Shown here one piece after another: positions 39,730 to 50,798 of a DNA stretch of 64,000 nucleotides. Origin of the DNA: Clostridia bacterium (GTDB lineage Bacteria; Bacillota; Clostridia; TANB77; UBA1234); NCBI GenBank assembly GCA_017462965.1, contig JAFTQC010000049.1:5435-69434 (forward strand). The letters are read 5' to 3'. Numbering within the stretch: position 1 is the first letter of the stretch; each line of letters begins with the position of its first letter. The notes beneath the pieces are model-generated. The model did no database searches, was not told the origin of the DNA, and worked only from the letters and a program-made list of their open reading frames with translations. The position numbers and the translations under genes were made by a program.

Positions 39730-41911
39730 ATGGAATTAAAAGGTCAGATTGAAGAAATAATTTTTTCAAATGAACTTAATAGTTATACAGTTTGTAGCAT
39801 GATTGTTGGCAATAATGAAATTACAGCGACTGGTTATCTTCCGTTTGTGAATATTGGTGATTTAATTATAGCTGAAGGTGATTTCGTTAATCATAATGTG
39901 TATGGCAAACAATTTAAAATAAATACTTTTGAGAAAACAATGCCTAATACTACTGCCGAGATTGAAAAATATTTGGGAAGTGGAATTATTAAGGGAATTG
40001 GTCCTGCGACAAGTAAGAAAATTGTAGATAGATTTGGTGAAGATACGATATATGTACTGCAATATGAAAGCGAAAAATTATCGGTTATAAAAGGAATAAC
40101 TCCATCTAGAGCGAAAGAGATTTCTGAAGCTTTTAATAATGTGTGGGAACTTTGGCAAATTGTTATGTTTTTACAAAAGTATGGTATAGGAACGGCGAAT
40201 GCTAATAGGATATATAAAGAGTTTGGCATGAATGCGATAAATGCGATTAAAGAAAATCCATATATATTATTAAATATATTGTATGGTGTTGATTTTAAGC
40301 ATGTTGATAAAATGGCAATATCAATGGGAATAGAAAGAACATCATCGTTTAGAATTGCAAGTGGGATAAAATATGCGTTGACACTTGCTTCGAGAAATGG
40401 ACATACGTGTGTACTTGAAGTCAATTTGATAGGTTATGTTGCGGATATTTTGTCTGTAGATAAAGAGTTGGTAGAAAATGAACTTACAGGACTTAAGTAT
40501 GCTAAGGAAGTGTATTTGGAAGATGAATATGTTTTCTTAAAAGATTATTATCAGGCTGAAGAAAATGTTGCAAAGAAAATTCTAATGCTTTCAAATAATT
40601 TTTCGAAAAAATATAATAGCTTAGATGATAGAATAAAAGAAGCAGAAAAAGAATTAAAAATAGAATTGTCACAAGAACAAAAAGAAGCGGTGAAAGCTTG
40701 TTTTAAAAATCAAGTTGTAATAATAACTGGCGGTCCAGGAACAGGAAAAACAACTATAATAAAGGTTTTAATAAATTTGTTCAAAAAAGCAGAATTAGAA
40801 GTTGCCTTATGCGCACCAACAGGGCGTGCGGCTAGACGCATGAAAGAAACAACTGGCGAAGAAGCAAAAACATTACATAGATTATTAGAAATTGGGAAGA
40901 CGGAGGAAAATGTTCCTAATATTGATTTTGCAGTAAATAAAATTAAGCAAAAAGTAGTCATTGTTGATGAAATGTCTATGGTTGATATAGTTCTTATGAA
41001 TTATTTAGTAAAAGGACTAGAAGATAATGCAAAATTAATATTGATAGGTGACAGTGATCAATTGGCCTCAGTAGGCCCAGGAAGTGTTTTGCAGGACTTG
41101 ATAGAGAGTGATAGTATAGTTACTAAAAAGCTTACAGAAATATATAGACAGGCGGCTGAAAGTCAAATAATAACAAATGCTCATAAAATAAATGTTGGAG
41201 ATAAAAGTTTGACATTTAATAAGAAAAACGGAGATTTCTTCTTTTTAAAAGAACAAGCTTTAGTTGAACAAATTGTGGAATTAGTTGATGCAAGACTTCC
41301 AAAAATGCGGAAAGTATGATATACTTAAGGACGTACAAATTCTTACCCCAACTAAGAAGGGCGAAACTGGAACGAAAAATTTGAATAAGAATTTACAGCA
41401 AGCGTTAAATCCTAAATCTAAATTCAAGAATGAACGTGAATTTGGTGACTTTGTTTTGCGTGAAGGCGATAAAGTAATGCAAATTAGAAATAATTATGAT
41501 ATTTATTGGGAAGGAATAGACGGAAAATCGTATGGAAGTGGAGTTTACAACGGAGATTTAGGAATTGTTAATAAAATTACTCCGGATTATGTGGAAGTTA
41601 TATTTGATGATGATAAATTAGTTAAATATGAATCAAATATAATAGAAGAACTTGAGCTTGCATATGCGATAACAATTCATAAAAGCCAAGGAAGTGAGTT
41701 TCCTGTTGGTGTAATGATAATAACAAATGGACCACCAATGTTATATACACGAAATTTGTTGTATACTGGTGTTACGAGAGCAAAAGAATTATTAATAATA
41801 TTAGGAAAAGAAATGCTATTAAGCAGAATGATTGATAATGTAGATACCAAAAAAAGAAATACAGGTTTGAAATATAAAATAGAGAAATATGTAGGTATCT
41901 TCAATATGTGA
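39730..41911 (+). CDS. recD2: RecD2-like helicase, split by a +1 frameshift at CGG 41308-41310
   Basis: GGPGTGKTT, APTGRAA, VDEMSM, GD.DQL, YRQ in frame 1; VQILTP..G..NLN, AYAITIHKSQGSE, LYTGVTRAK in frame 2; joined length 726 aa. Confidence 0.92.
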
Positions 41912-41924
41912 AATGGAGGTAGAA

Positions 41925-43574
41925 ATGAAAAAAGTAAACATTTTTATTATGTCCATGTTAATATTTACAACTGTTGCGTTGCCTAGTTTTGCATTTACAG
42001 ATACTACTGAGCATTGGGCGAATGATGTTATAGAAGAAATGAACAATTACAAAATTATTAATGGATATGAAGATGACACATTCAGACCTGATGAAATAAT
42101 GACGCGTGCTGAGTTTGTGACGGTAGTAAACAGAATTTTAGCGTTAGATGAAGAATCATCAAAATATATTCCTGACGTTAATAGAACAGATTGGTTTTAT
42201 TCTGAAATAAGGAAAGCTGTAAAAATTGGAATAATTCAAGGAAATACGGATGGATATATATTCCCAAACGATGAGATTACAAGGGAAGAAGCGATAGTTA
42301 TACTAACTAGAGCTTTTAAGATGAATCAAACTACACGTAAGCCACAAGATTTTACTGATTTATCTGAAATTTCAAAGTGGGCTGAATCTGAGATGTATTC
42401 GGCAATTTCACAAGGGATATTGAATGGATATAACGATAATACAATTAGACCAAAAGCTTCTATAACAAGAGCAGAAGCATTAACTTTAATAGATAGAATT
42501 CTTCCAAACATATTGAAAACAAATGTATATCAAGGATTATTAACAGGAAATGTTGTGCTATGTGATGATAACATAGTTTTGAATAATTTAACTATAGATG
42601 GTAATTTGATAATATCTAATAATGCGTTAAAAACTTTGACAGTAAAAGATGTGACTGTAAAGAAGAATGTGATTATTAATGATAAAAATCACGAATTTAT
42701 AAAGAAAATAAAAATAATGGGAGATGTTTTTGAGTTTTCATCTGAAAAAGAAGAACTAAATGGATATCTAAATGAAGAGTTTGGAATTAGTTTTGCAGTA
42801 CCAAATTCTGCTACAGTGAAGCTTTTTTCTGGTGATTCAAAGATTGATTATAAAATAGAAGATTTAATTGTAATTGATGTTATCCAAAATGACGAATTTT
42901 ATATGAAAAGTATAAATACGATTGCTAAATTAGAAATTGCTAAATATGATTATTTATATAAAGAAGTTGAAGATGGAGTTATAGGAAAAGACTTTAAGTA
43001 TATTCTATTTTCGGATAGAACGGGAAAACAAATGCTTGTGATAAAGAGGGATAATATAGCATATGTTTTGAGATTCTATAATATTGAAAGTGATAATTTA
43101 GTAGATAATGTCTTGTCAACAATGGAATTTTTTGAAACAGAAAATATTGTGGATACAAAGAATATTGTGTACAAAAATTCAAAATTATCTTTGAAATTTA
43201 CATATAAAGATAAATATGTTGTTGTTGATGATTCATATAATACCAACATAATAAATGAAGATAAGAAATTTTTTAAATTATTTATTCAAGTAAATACGAT
43301 AACGGATATTCAAGAATATAATTTGAATGAAATAAAGTTGTTACTTAGTTCAATTGTGAGCAAGGAAGGGGATATAAAAGAAACAGAAACTTTCAAGATA
43401 ATGAATAACAATGCTATCAAATTTAAAACTGAAGCTGATGGTAAAATAACGTATTCATTATACGTTGTAATTGGAAACAACTTGTACAATTTGATATTTA
43501 AAGGCGAAGAAAATGGTATGTCAGAAGTGGGAGAAGAATTGTTTGATGACATAGTTGATTCATTAGAGTTTTAA
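41925..43574 (+). CDS. secreted SLH (S-layer homology) domain protein
   Basis: signal peptide; three SLH units (GYED.TFRP..MTRAEF, ITREEA, ITRAEA). Confidence 0.88.
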   Translation: MKKVNIFIMSMLIFTTVALPSFAFTDTTEHWANDVIEEMNNYKIINGYEDDTFRPDEIMTRAEFVTVVNRILALDEESSKYIPDVNRTDWFYSEIRKAVKIGIIQGNTDGYIFPNDEITREEAIVILTRAFKMNQTTRKPQDFTDLSEISKWAESEMYSAISQGILNGYNDNTIRPKASITRAEALTLIDRILPNILKTNVYQGLLTGNVVLCDDNIVLNNLTIDGNLIISNNALKTLTVKDVTVKKNVIINDKNHEFIKKIKIMGDVFEFSSEKEELNGYLNEEFGISFAVPNSATVKLFSGDSKIDYKIEDLIVIDVIQNDEFYMKSINTIAKLEIAKYDYLYKEVEDGVIGKDFKYILFSDRTGKQMLVIKRDNIAYVLRFYNIESDNLVDNVLSTMEFFETENIVDTKNIVYKNSKLSLKFTYKDKYVVVDDSYNTNIINEDKKFFKLFIQVNTITDIQEYNLNEIKLLLSSIVSKEGDIKETETFKIMNNNAIKFKTEADGKITYSLYVVIGNNLYNLIFKGEENGMSEVGEELFDDIVDSLEF

Positions 43575-43634
43575 GTCGAATATAAAAAGGGGGATGATAC
43601 AAAAGTATCATCCTTTTTTATTTAAGGAGTAAAT

Positions 43635-44291
43635 ATGTTAGAAGAAATAGTAGGTTTGTTTTTTCCTAGAAAATGTATATTTTGCAATGAAAAAATAAAT
43701 GAAAGATATACTTGTAGAAAATGTTTAAATATAATAGAATATTACAAAGAGAGACTAGAAACACCTGATGATGCATATTATGACAAGTTAATATGTGCGA
43801 TAAAATATAATGGTAATTTAAGAACTCGAATGTTGAAATTTAAATTTGATTCTGTTAAATATTTTGCTAGAGGATTTGCGGATATACTATTCGAAAAGAT
43901 GGTTAAGTATGATGTGAATGCTGATTTGATAATTCCTGTACCTATAAGTAAGAAGAGATATAGAGAAAGAGGGTATAATCAAAGTGAATTAATAGTAAAA
44001 TATTTATCTAAGCTAACTAAAATAGATTACAATAGAAATGTTCTAATAAAGAGTAAAAATAATCTTAAGCAAAGTCGATTACCTGAAGAACAAAGAAAAG
44101 AAAATGTGAAAGATGTGTATTCGATAAAAAATACAGAGGCAATAATTGGAAAAAATATAATTCTCGTAGATGATATTTGCACTACAGGGTCTACTGTAAA
44201 TGAATGTTCAAAGGTTTTAAAGAATTCCGGTGCCAATAGAGTTATTGTGTTATCGGTGATGTATACTAACTTGAGAAGAGCGAAGCTTTAG
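43635..44291 (+). CDS. ComF family protein
   Basis: CxxC..CxxC, IIPVP, RGYNQ, LVDDICTTGST. Confidence 0.92.
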   Translation: MLEEIVGLFFPRKCIFCNEKINERYTCRKCLNIIEYYKERLETPDDAYYDKLICAIKYNGNLRTRMLKFKFDSVKYFARGFADILFEKMVKYDVNADLIIPVPISKKRYRERGYNQSELIVKYLSKLTKIDYNRNVLIKSKNNLKQSRLPEEQRKENVKDVYSIKNTEAIIGKNIILVDDICTTGSTVNECSKVLKNSGANRVIVLSVMYTNLRRAKL

Positions 44292-44329
44292 TATTGCGTT
44301 TCATAAAGATGAGGAAAGGGGCTTGAAAA

Positions 44330-46366
44330 ATGGATGAATTAGTCGAAAGCGTAATGGATTATGTAAGAAAACCATATACAGACCATGCGATAATGATTAA
44401 TGGAGAATGGGGAAGTGGAAAAACATATTTTTGGAATAACAAAGTCAAAAGTAAAATTGAATCAACTGATATAAATGGAAAACGTTATAAAACAATATAT
44501 ATGTCGTTATATGGAATTTCAAATCTTGATGATATAAGTAAAAAAATATTTATTGAGATGAACCCAAGCTTGAACAAATCAATAAAAAAGGTAATAGATA
44601 CACATAATATTTCAAGCATACCAGAATACGTAAAAACGGGTATTGATATGGCGAATTCCTTTGGTTTCATGCAAATGAATGAAAAAATAGATTATTCGAA
44701 GTTTTTTGAAATAGATGATAAGGTGTTATGTTTTGATGATTTAGAGAGAGCAAATCTTGATGTAATTGACGTATTGGGATATATAAATAATTTCGTTGAA
44801 CATGATCACATGAAAACAATAATCATTTGTAACGAGAAAGAATTATCAAAAAAGTTAAAAAGTACGAATGTTGAAATGAAAACATTTATAGCAACATATA
44901 TTTTGAATAATGAGGGTAAAATAAAACCTGAAAACTATGAAGAAGATGAGAATTTAATTGATTCAGAACGTGAAGATAAACCTATGGTTGAGCTTATTGA
45001 AGATAAAATTGAACATATTTTTGATAAGGCAAATGATTACGAAAGAATTAAGGAAAAACTAATAGGAGAAACATTTGAATATATTCCGGAATTTACATAC
45101 ATTATAAATGGTGTATTGATGCGTTATGAAAGTAATCCACAACTTATCCAATTTTTAAGAAAAAATTCAGCAATAATAACGCAAACGTTTAATAGAAGTG
45201 GAACAAGAAACTTAAGAATATTAAAACATGCATTGAATGATTTTCAAAAAATATTTGAAACAACCAAAAGATATTATCCAGATGTAAGTGATATAGTTTT
45301 AAAATCATTGTTAATATTTACAATTGCGATATCTTTTGAAATAAAGGCTGGTAAAGTTACAAAAGATAAACTAAAAAATATTAATTCTTTGGAAGAATAT
45401 AAAACAATATTGGTTGCATCTAAAGTTTTAAAAGACAATAGACAATTTTATATAAAGGAATTTGATAATAACTACTATTTTACGTTTAAGACGGATTACA
45501 GATTCTTTAAATTTGTTGAGAAATACGTTAGAACTAGAATATTTGATATGAAAACATTTAAAGATGATATGGATGCAATTGTTAATCAAGAAAATAAGGG
45601 ACAAGTTGTTAGTTATAAACGTTTGCTTACAGAAGATTATTGGAAGATTGAAGATAGTGAGTTTAACCAAGTTGTGACTGAGACATTAGATGATGTCAAA
45701 GCAGGAAAATTACAACTTGCTGAATATTTTAAGTTATATGTAATATTTAATTTCTTTATTCAAAAAGGGTTGCTAGATATAGATTCAGAGTATTTGAAAT
45801 TAACGTTTATAAATGGTATGAACATGGCTGCTGCGTCATCTAAATATTGTAAAGATATTGAAGCATATATGATTGGAACTAATTTAGTTGAGGCAGATGA
45901 TAATATAAATTACATTCTAGAACATTTTAATAATTTGAATTTGCAAACAAAAGAGAAGGAATATATTGAGGTTGCAAAACAATTATTTGAAATGATACCA
46001 GATAAGGTAGAAAAATTAGTAGATGTATTTGTAGAGGAACATTTGGATATACCTATAATGAAATATTATAATATGAACACGCTATTTGAAAGAATATTGC
46101 TATTAGAAAATGAAGACATTGTACTTGTGAAAGATTTGGTAAGTGCAAGATATCAAAAAGTGAAAGATATTTCAAATGAAGAGCGTAATTTACGTTTGTT
46201 AAAACAAGCAATGGAAGATTATATTAGAGGAAAAGTGCCAACAATAAAAGTAATATTAATAGAAGATTTTATTAAGGCATTAGATATGATTTTGTTAAGA
46301 CCTAAAGAAAAACCAAAAAGAACAAGAAAAAAAGTTGCACAAACAGCAAAAACAGAAACTGCGTAA
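44330..46366 (+). CDS. KAP-family P-loop NTPase
   Basis: INGEWGSGKT, SLYG, CFDDLER, KEKLIG, NLR. Confidence 0.8.
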   Translation: MDELVESVMDYVRKPYTDHAIMINGEWGSGKTYFWNNKVKSKIESTDINGKRYKTIYMSLYGISNLDDISKKIFIEMNPSLNKSIKKVIDTHNISSIPEYVKTGIDMANSFGFMQMNEKIDYSKFFEIDDKVLCFDDLERANLDVIDVLGYINNFVEHDHMKTIIICNEKELSKKLKSTNVEMKTFIATYILNNEGKIKPENYEEDENLIDSEREDKPMVELIEDKIEHIFDKANDYERIKEKLIGETFEYIPEFTYIINGVLMRYESNPQLIQFLRKNSAIITQTFNRSGTRNLRILKHALNDFQKIFETTKRYYPDVSDIVLKSLLIFTIAISFEIKAGKVTKDKLKNINSLEEYKTILVASKVLKDNRQFYIKEFDNNYYFTFKTDYRFFKFVEKYVRTRIFDMKTFKDDMDAIVNQENKGQVVSYKRLLTEDYWKIEDSEFNQVVTETLDDVKAGKLQLAEYFKLYVIFNFFIQKGLLDIDSEYLKLTFINGMNMAAASSKYCKDIEAYMIGTNLVEADDNINYILEHFNNLNLQTKEKEYIEVAKQLFEMIPDKVEKLVDVFVEEHLDIPIMKYYNMNTLFERILLLENEDIVLVKDLVSARYQKVKDISNEERNLRLLKQAMEDYIRGKVPTIKVILIEDFIKALDMILLRPKEKPKRTRKKVAQTAKTETA

Positions 46367-46385
46367 TAAACAAAAGGGACAAGAT

Positions 46386-46466
46386 GGACAGAGGTTAGCA
46401 AGAGGGACGCCCCTTTTTGTGAAAATTTTTCACAAAAAGGGGCGTCCCTCTTACTAACCTCTGTCC
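46386..46466. repeat. REP-like palindrome (40-bp arms, one mismatch)
   Basis: ggacagaggttagcaagagggacgcccctttttgtgaaaa / ttttcacaaaaaggggcgtccctcttactaacctctgtcc. Confidence 0.9.
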
Positions 46467-46553
46467 CAATTTTCAAAAATCTCCGTCACTTTTGTATAAA
46501 TTTTGACAAAAAAACTAACAATATGAATATATAAAAGCAAGAAAAGGAGGGAA

Positions 46554-47114
46554 ATGATGAAAGCAACAGGAGTGGTCAGAAGAATTGATGATTTGGGAAG
46601 AATTGTAGTACCAAAGGAAATACGTAAAACGCTTAGAATAAGAGAAGGAGATCCTTTAGAGATTTTTACTGATAAAGAAGGCGAAATTATTTTGAAAAAA
46701 TATTCTCCTATAGGTGAGCTTAATGAGTTTGCAACGCAATATGCAGAAACATTAGCTAAAACAACTGGACATATAGCTTGTATAACGGATAAGGATACAA
46801 TTATTGCTGTTTCAGGTGCACCTAAAAAAGAATATTTAGAAAAAAGTATAAGTTCTGAACTAGAAAAACTAATGCAGGATAAACTAATATGGACTTCAAA
46901 AGAAAAAGCAGAAAAGAAAATGCCGGTACTATTAACAGATAATGAAGGTGAAGATAAATATACTTCACAAGTTATATATCCAATAATTGCGGAAGGGGAT
47001 ACTATAGGAACGGTAATGTTACTTTCGAAAGAACCATCAATAAAAATGAATGATGTTGAAATGAAAGTTGTTCAGTCTGCAGCAGGGTTTTTAGGTAAAC
47101 AAATGGAAGAATAG
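46554..47114 (+). CDS. spoVT: stage V sporulation protein T
   Basis: KATGVVRRIDDLGRIVVPKEIR + GAF domain. Confidence 0.95.
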   Translation: MMKATGVVRRIDDLGRIVVPKEIRKTLRIREGDPLEIFTDKEGEIILKKYSPIGELNEFATQYAETLAKTTGHIACITDKDTIIAVSGAPKKEYLEKSISSELEKLMQDKLIWTSKEKAEKKMPVLLTDNEGEDKYTSQVIYPIIAEGDTIGTVMLLSKEPSIKMNDVEMKVVQSAAGFLGKQMEE

Positions 47115-47258
47115 TTATAGATAAAATCGGATGCATACGCAATCTAGGATAGATAGCAATGTTTCCGATTTTTTCATCTTAAAAAATAAGATTGAAAAGA
47201 GGTAATAAAAACAATATAATTGTGTATAGTTAAATATATAATTAAATTTGGAGGGATA

Positions 47259-48983
47259 ATGAATAAAGAAAATATAAAAGATGTACATACTAATAAAAAA
47301 CAATCATTTATGTCGGGCGTACTTACAATATTGATTGCTCAAATAGTGATAAAAATATTAGGTTTAATATATAGATTAGTAATTACAAATATTCCGTATT
47401 TTGGTGATGCTGGTAATGGGCTTTATTCAGCAGGGTATCAGATATACACGTTGCTTTTGGCTGTTGCATCAATAGGTGTTCCAAGCGCAATTGCTAAATT
47501 AGTTTCGGAGCGAATTGCGCAAGGAAAAAATAGAGAAGCACATGATATATTTAAAACGGCATTAATACTTTTTGGAATTATTGGTTTTGTTGGAAGCGCA
47601 ATTTTATTCTGTGGTGCTGAATTTATAGCATTAAAAATAGGAAATCCAGATGTAAAAGGAATAATGGTTGCACTTTCGCCAGCGGTATTTTTTGTTGCAG
47701 TATCGGCAGTAATTAGAGGATACTTTAACGGAATGTACAATATGAAAGTTGCATCGAGATCTCAAATGCTTGAACAATTATTTAAAAGTGTTTTGACGAT
47801 AGGTTTAGTTGTTTTGGTTTACTTTTTAGCAGTTGTAAATCCGTCTACTATATCAGAAATGCTTAATTTGTCTGTTGATAATGTAACTGTATCTATGGCT
47901 ATTGCGGCAAATGCAGCGTCGACTATAGCTGCAACATTATGCTGTGGATATTTGCTTATATATTATCAAAAAGTAAAAAAAGAAATTTGGGATGATATTA
48001 AAAATTCAAAAGGTGAATATAAAAAAGAAAAAAGAACTAAAATAATGAAGACGATATTGGCAGTTTCAATACCTATATCGCTTGCATCTATAGTGGCTGC
48101 TATCAATAGAAATATTGATACTTTCACTGTAATGAATGGATTGAAGATTGCACTTCAAGGAATGTATGATTCTGCGGAACTTGTAGTAGATGAAGCTACA
48201 AGGTTATATGGAATATTGTCAGGTAGGGTTGATACATTAATAGGTCTTCCGACAGCAATAAATGTAGCTTTTGCAACAGCGTTGGTTCCAGCGGTGTCTG
48301 AATCTATGGCAAAAGGCGATAAAAAAACAGCGAAGAAGAGAGTAACATTTTCATTTAGAACTACATTGCTTATAGCTTTGCCTTGTGCGATAGGAATGGC
48401 AGTTCTTGCAGGACCAATATTAAAATTGTTGTTCCCAAATGTATATGCAGTTGAAGCACCGATTTTGTTACAAATAAGTGCGTTTACAATAATATTTACT
48501 TTGATTAATCAGACTATAGGTGGTGCACTTCAAGGATTGGGAAAAGTACTTGTACCTGCGGCTAGTATGGCGTGTGGAGCTCTTGTTAAACTTGTTTTGA
48601 ATTTGACACTAATAAGAAATCCGGAAATAGGAATATATGGAGCAGCGATAAGCTCTGTTGCATCATCGTGTACGGTAACAATAATTGAAATGTATATATT
48701 GACGAGGACATTAGAGTTTGAAAGATCAAAAACTCAAATGATAGTAAAACCATTGCTTGCAACTTTAATAATGGGGCTTGCAGCCGGTGTTTCATATAAT
48801 TTAGTATCAACATATTTAATCGAAGGTAGTATGGCTACACTAATTTCGATAGTTATAGCTATTGTCGTATATTTTCTTGCTGTAATAGGTTTGAAAATTT
48901 TTGATAGGGAAGATTATCATATGCTTCCTTATGGAGATAAGATATATAGAATTTTAGAAAAAATAAAATTGGTAAAAGCATAG
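47259..48983 (+). CDS. SpoVB/YabM-family polysaccharide flippase (MOP family)
   Basis: G.G.YSAGY.IY..G.P.AI.KL, RGYFNG, LQGLGK; follows spoVT. Confidence 0.88.
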   Translation: MNKENIKDVHTNKKQSFMSGVLTILIAQIVIKILGLIYRLVITNIPYFGDAGNGLYSAGYQIYTLLLAVASIGVPSAIAKLVSERIAQGKNREAHDIFKTALILFGIIGFVGSAILFCGAEFIALKIGNPDVKGIMVALSPAVFFVAVSAVIRGYFNGMYNMKVASRSQMLEQLFKSVLTIGLVVLVYFLAVVNPSTISEMLNLSVDNVTVSMAIAANAASTIAATLCCGYLLIYYQKVKKEIWDDIKNSKGEYKKEKRTKIMKTILAVSIPISLASIVAAINRNIDTFTVMNGLKIALQGMYDSAELVVDEATRLYGILSGRVDTLIGLPTAINVAFATALVPAVSESMAKGDKKTAKKRVTFSFRTTLLIALPCAIGMAVLAGPILKLLFPNVYAVEAPILLQISAFTIIFTLINQTIGGALQGLGKVLVPAASMACGALVKLVLNLTLIRNPEIGIYGAAISSVASSCTVTIIEMYILTRTLEFERSKTQMIVKPLLATLIMGLAAGVSYNLVSTYLIEGSMATLISIVIAIVVYFLAVIGLKIFDREDYHMLPYGDKIYRILEKIKLVKA

Positions 48984-49172
48984 AGTTGTAACGGTTTTAG
49001 TATACATAACTTGCTGAAATACTGAAAAATCAACATTTTTTTAATAAAAAACTAAAAAAATATTGAAAAATAGCAGGATTATTAAAAAAAATGGCGAAAT
49101 ATAAATATAGTGATTGTAGTAGTAAATACTATATCAAATAAAGATTAATCTAATTTTAGGAGGTAATTTAAG

Positions 49173-49451
49173 ATGAACAAACTTGATTTAGTTGCAAAAA
49201 TTGCAGAAGATGCAGAACTTTCAAAAAAATCAGCTGAAGCTGCATTAAACGCATTCATTAGCGCTGTTGAAACAGCATTAAAGAAAGGTGAAAAAGTTCA
49301 ATTAGTTGGATTTGGTTCTTTCGAAGTAAGAAAGAGAGCTGCTAGAAAAGGTAGAAATCCTCAAACTAAAGAGGAAATCAAAATACCTGCATCAAAAGCT
49401 CCAGTATTCAGAGCTGGCAAACCACTTAAAGATTTAGTAAACAAAAAATAA
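49173..49451 (+). CDS. hup: HU DNA-binding protein
   Basis: [17 protein letters not shown]. Confidence 0.98.
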   Translation: MNKLDLVAKIAEDAELSKKSAEAALNAFISAVETALKKGEKVQLVGFGSFEVRKRAARKGRNPQTKEEIKIPASKAPVFRAGKPLKDLVNKK

Positions 49452-49592
49452 TAATTTGTTTTGCATATGATCATAGAGGATGATTATTAAAAATAAAGCA
49501 AGACAAAGTCATATTAGTGAAGAGGGTTGCATGAAAATGTAATCCTCTTTGCATATTAACTCCTAAATAAGAAATTTAGAAAGGAAAGAATA

Positions 49593-49838
49593 ATGAGATT
49601 AGATAAATTCTTAAAAGTAAGTCGTGTTATAAAAAGAAGAACAGTTGCAAATGAAGCATGCGATGCTGGAAGAGTTGTTATAAATGGAAAAGTTGCAAAA
49701 GCAGGCTATGAAGTTAAAGTGAACGATATAGTAGAAATAAAATATGGGGAAAAAATAATAAAATTTAAGGTGACTGCGATAGAAACAACAGTGAAGAAGG
49801 CAGATGCTGCAGGAATGGTAGAATTTATAGAAGAATAA
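49593..49838 (+). CDS. yabO: S4-domain RNA-binding protein (YabO/RqcP-like)
   Basis: MRLDKFLKVSRVIKRRTVANEAC. Confidence 0.9.
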   Translation: MRLDKFLKVSRVIKRRTVANEACDAGRVVINGKVAKAGYEVKVNDIVEIKYGEKIIKFKVTAIETTVKKADAAGMVEFIEE

Positions 49839-49846
49839 AAAATGGG

Positions 49847-49892
49847 AAATTTGGACGGGGCGTCCCTCTTGCTGAAAGCCCCGTCCAAATTT
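49847..49892. repeat. REP-like composite hairpin / bidirectional terminator
   Basis: aaatttggacggggc-gtccctcttgctgaaa-gccccgtccaaattt. Confidence 0.75.
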
Positions 49893-49893
49893 T

Positions 49894-50592
49894 TTATTTG
49901 ATTAAATAATCTTGTAATAGATTTTTTCTTTCTTTCCAATCTGGCATGTATTGCTCAATTAATGCATAAAAAGCTTTGCTGTGATTTGGATGAACTAAGT
50001 GAGCGATTTCGTGTAGAACAACGTATTCAATAGCTTCGTATGGGCAATGCACTAGTTTAGAATTAAAAAGTATTTTCTTTTTAGCTGGAATGCAAGTCCC
50101 CCAACGAGTTTTCATAGCTCGAAGTTCGATTTCGTTTAAAGAAAGGTTAAGCAATTTTAAATATTTATTTGCGAACTTGTTAATGTCTTTCATAAGTTCA
50201 ATTTTTAAAGATTTGTTGAAAAATGAACTCTTATATTTTTGATCATTTGAATATTCTTCTTTCACATAAAAAACGATTGTATTACCATTTATTGCAACAA
50301 AATTTTTCATACATGGAACAATAAGAAGTTTTCTTGCAGTACCATATAAATAAACAGATGCGTTATTTCTTAGTAAAACATCATTTTTTATAATTTTCTT
50401 TGATTTTATATTCTTTTGAGCATTTAATATCCATTCTCTTTTTGAAAGAACGATTTTATTAATATCCGCAAGAGCTACTCTTTTCGGTGCTGAAACGTGA
50501 ATGACACCGTCATTTTTAACAGTAATATTAACGTTTTTTCTTGAAGTCCTAGTCAAAGTATATTCTATAGGTTGCATAGTATTATTAGCCAT
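49894..50592 (-). CDS. YgjP/DUF45-type zinc metallopeptidase-like protein
   Basis: MKTRWGTC, YVVLHEIAH..NHS..F. Confidence 0.9.
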   Translation of the reverse strand: MANNTMQPIEYTLTRTSRKNVNITVKNDGVIHVSAPKRVALADINKIVLSKREWILNAQKNIKSKKIIKNDVLLRNNASVYLYGTARKLLIVPCMKNFVAINGNTIVFYVKEEYSNDQKYKSSFFNKSLKIELMKDINKFANKYLKLLNLSLNEIELRAMKTRWGTCIPAKKKILFNSKLVHCPYEAIEYVVLHEIAHLVHPNHSKAFYALIEQYMPDWKERKNLLQDYLIK

Positions 50593-50798
50593 AATGTGTA
50601 CCTCCTTGTAGATAACTAAATTTAAAGATTTATCCCTTCAATCAGTGATTATATCACGATTTCCTCAAAATGCACGAAAAATTATGTGGTATATACTGGA
50701 AAGTATTGAAAAATGCGGAAATATAGCCAATTTGTTTACATTGAACTAGTGGAATTTTACTTTTAAAATGAAGGTAAGATGCTAGGAGGTTGGTATAT

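Noticed and set aside
41285-41911. Separate 208-aa helicase C-terminal gene
   Set aside because: No RBS; it is the +1 continuation of recD2.
46494-46523. sigG/sigF promoter for spoVT (GTATA-N18-AACAATA)
   Set aside because: Biologically plausible, but the -10 match is too weak in AT-rich DNA to call.
26494-49892. CRISPR array or IS terminal inverted repeats
   Set aside because: The repeats are dispersed palindromes without regular spacers, cas genes or an enclosed transposase.
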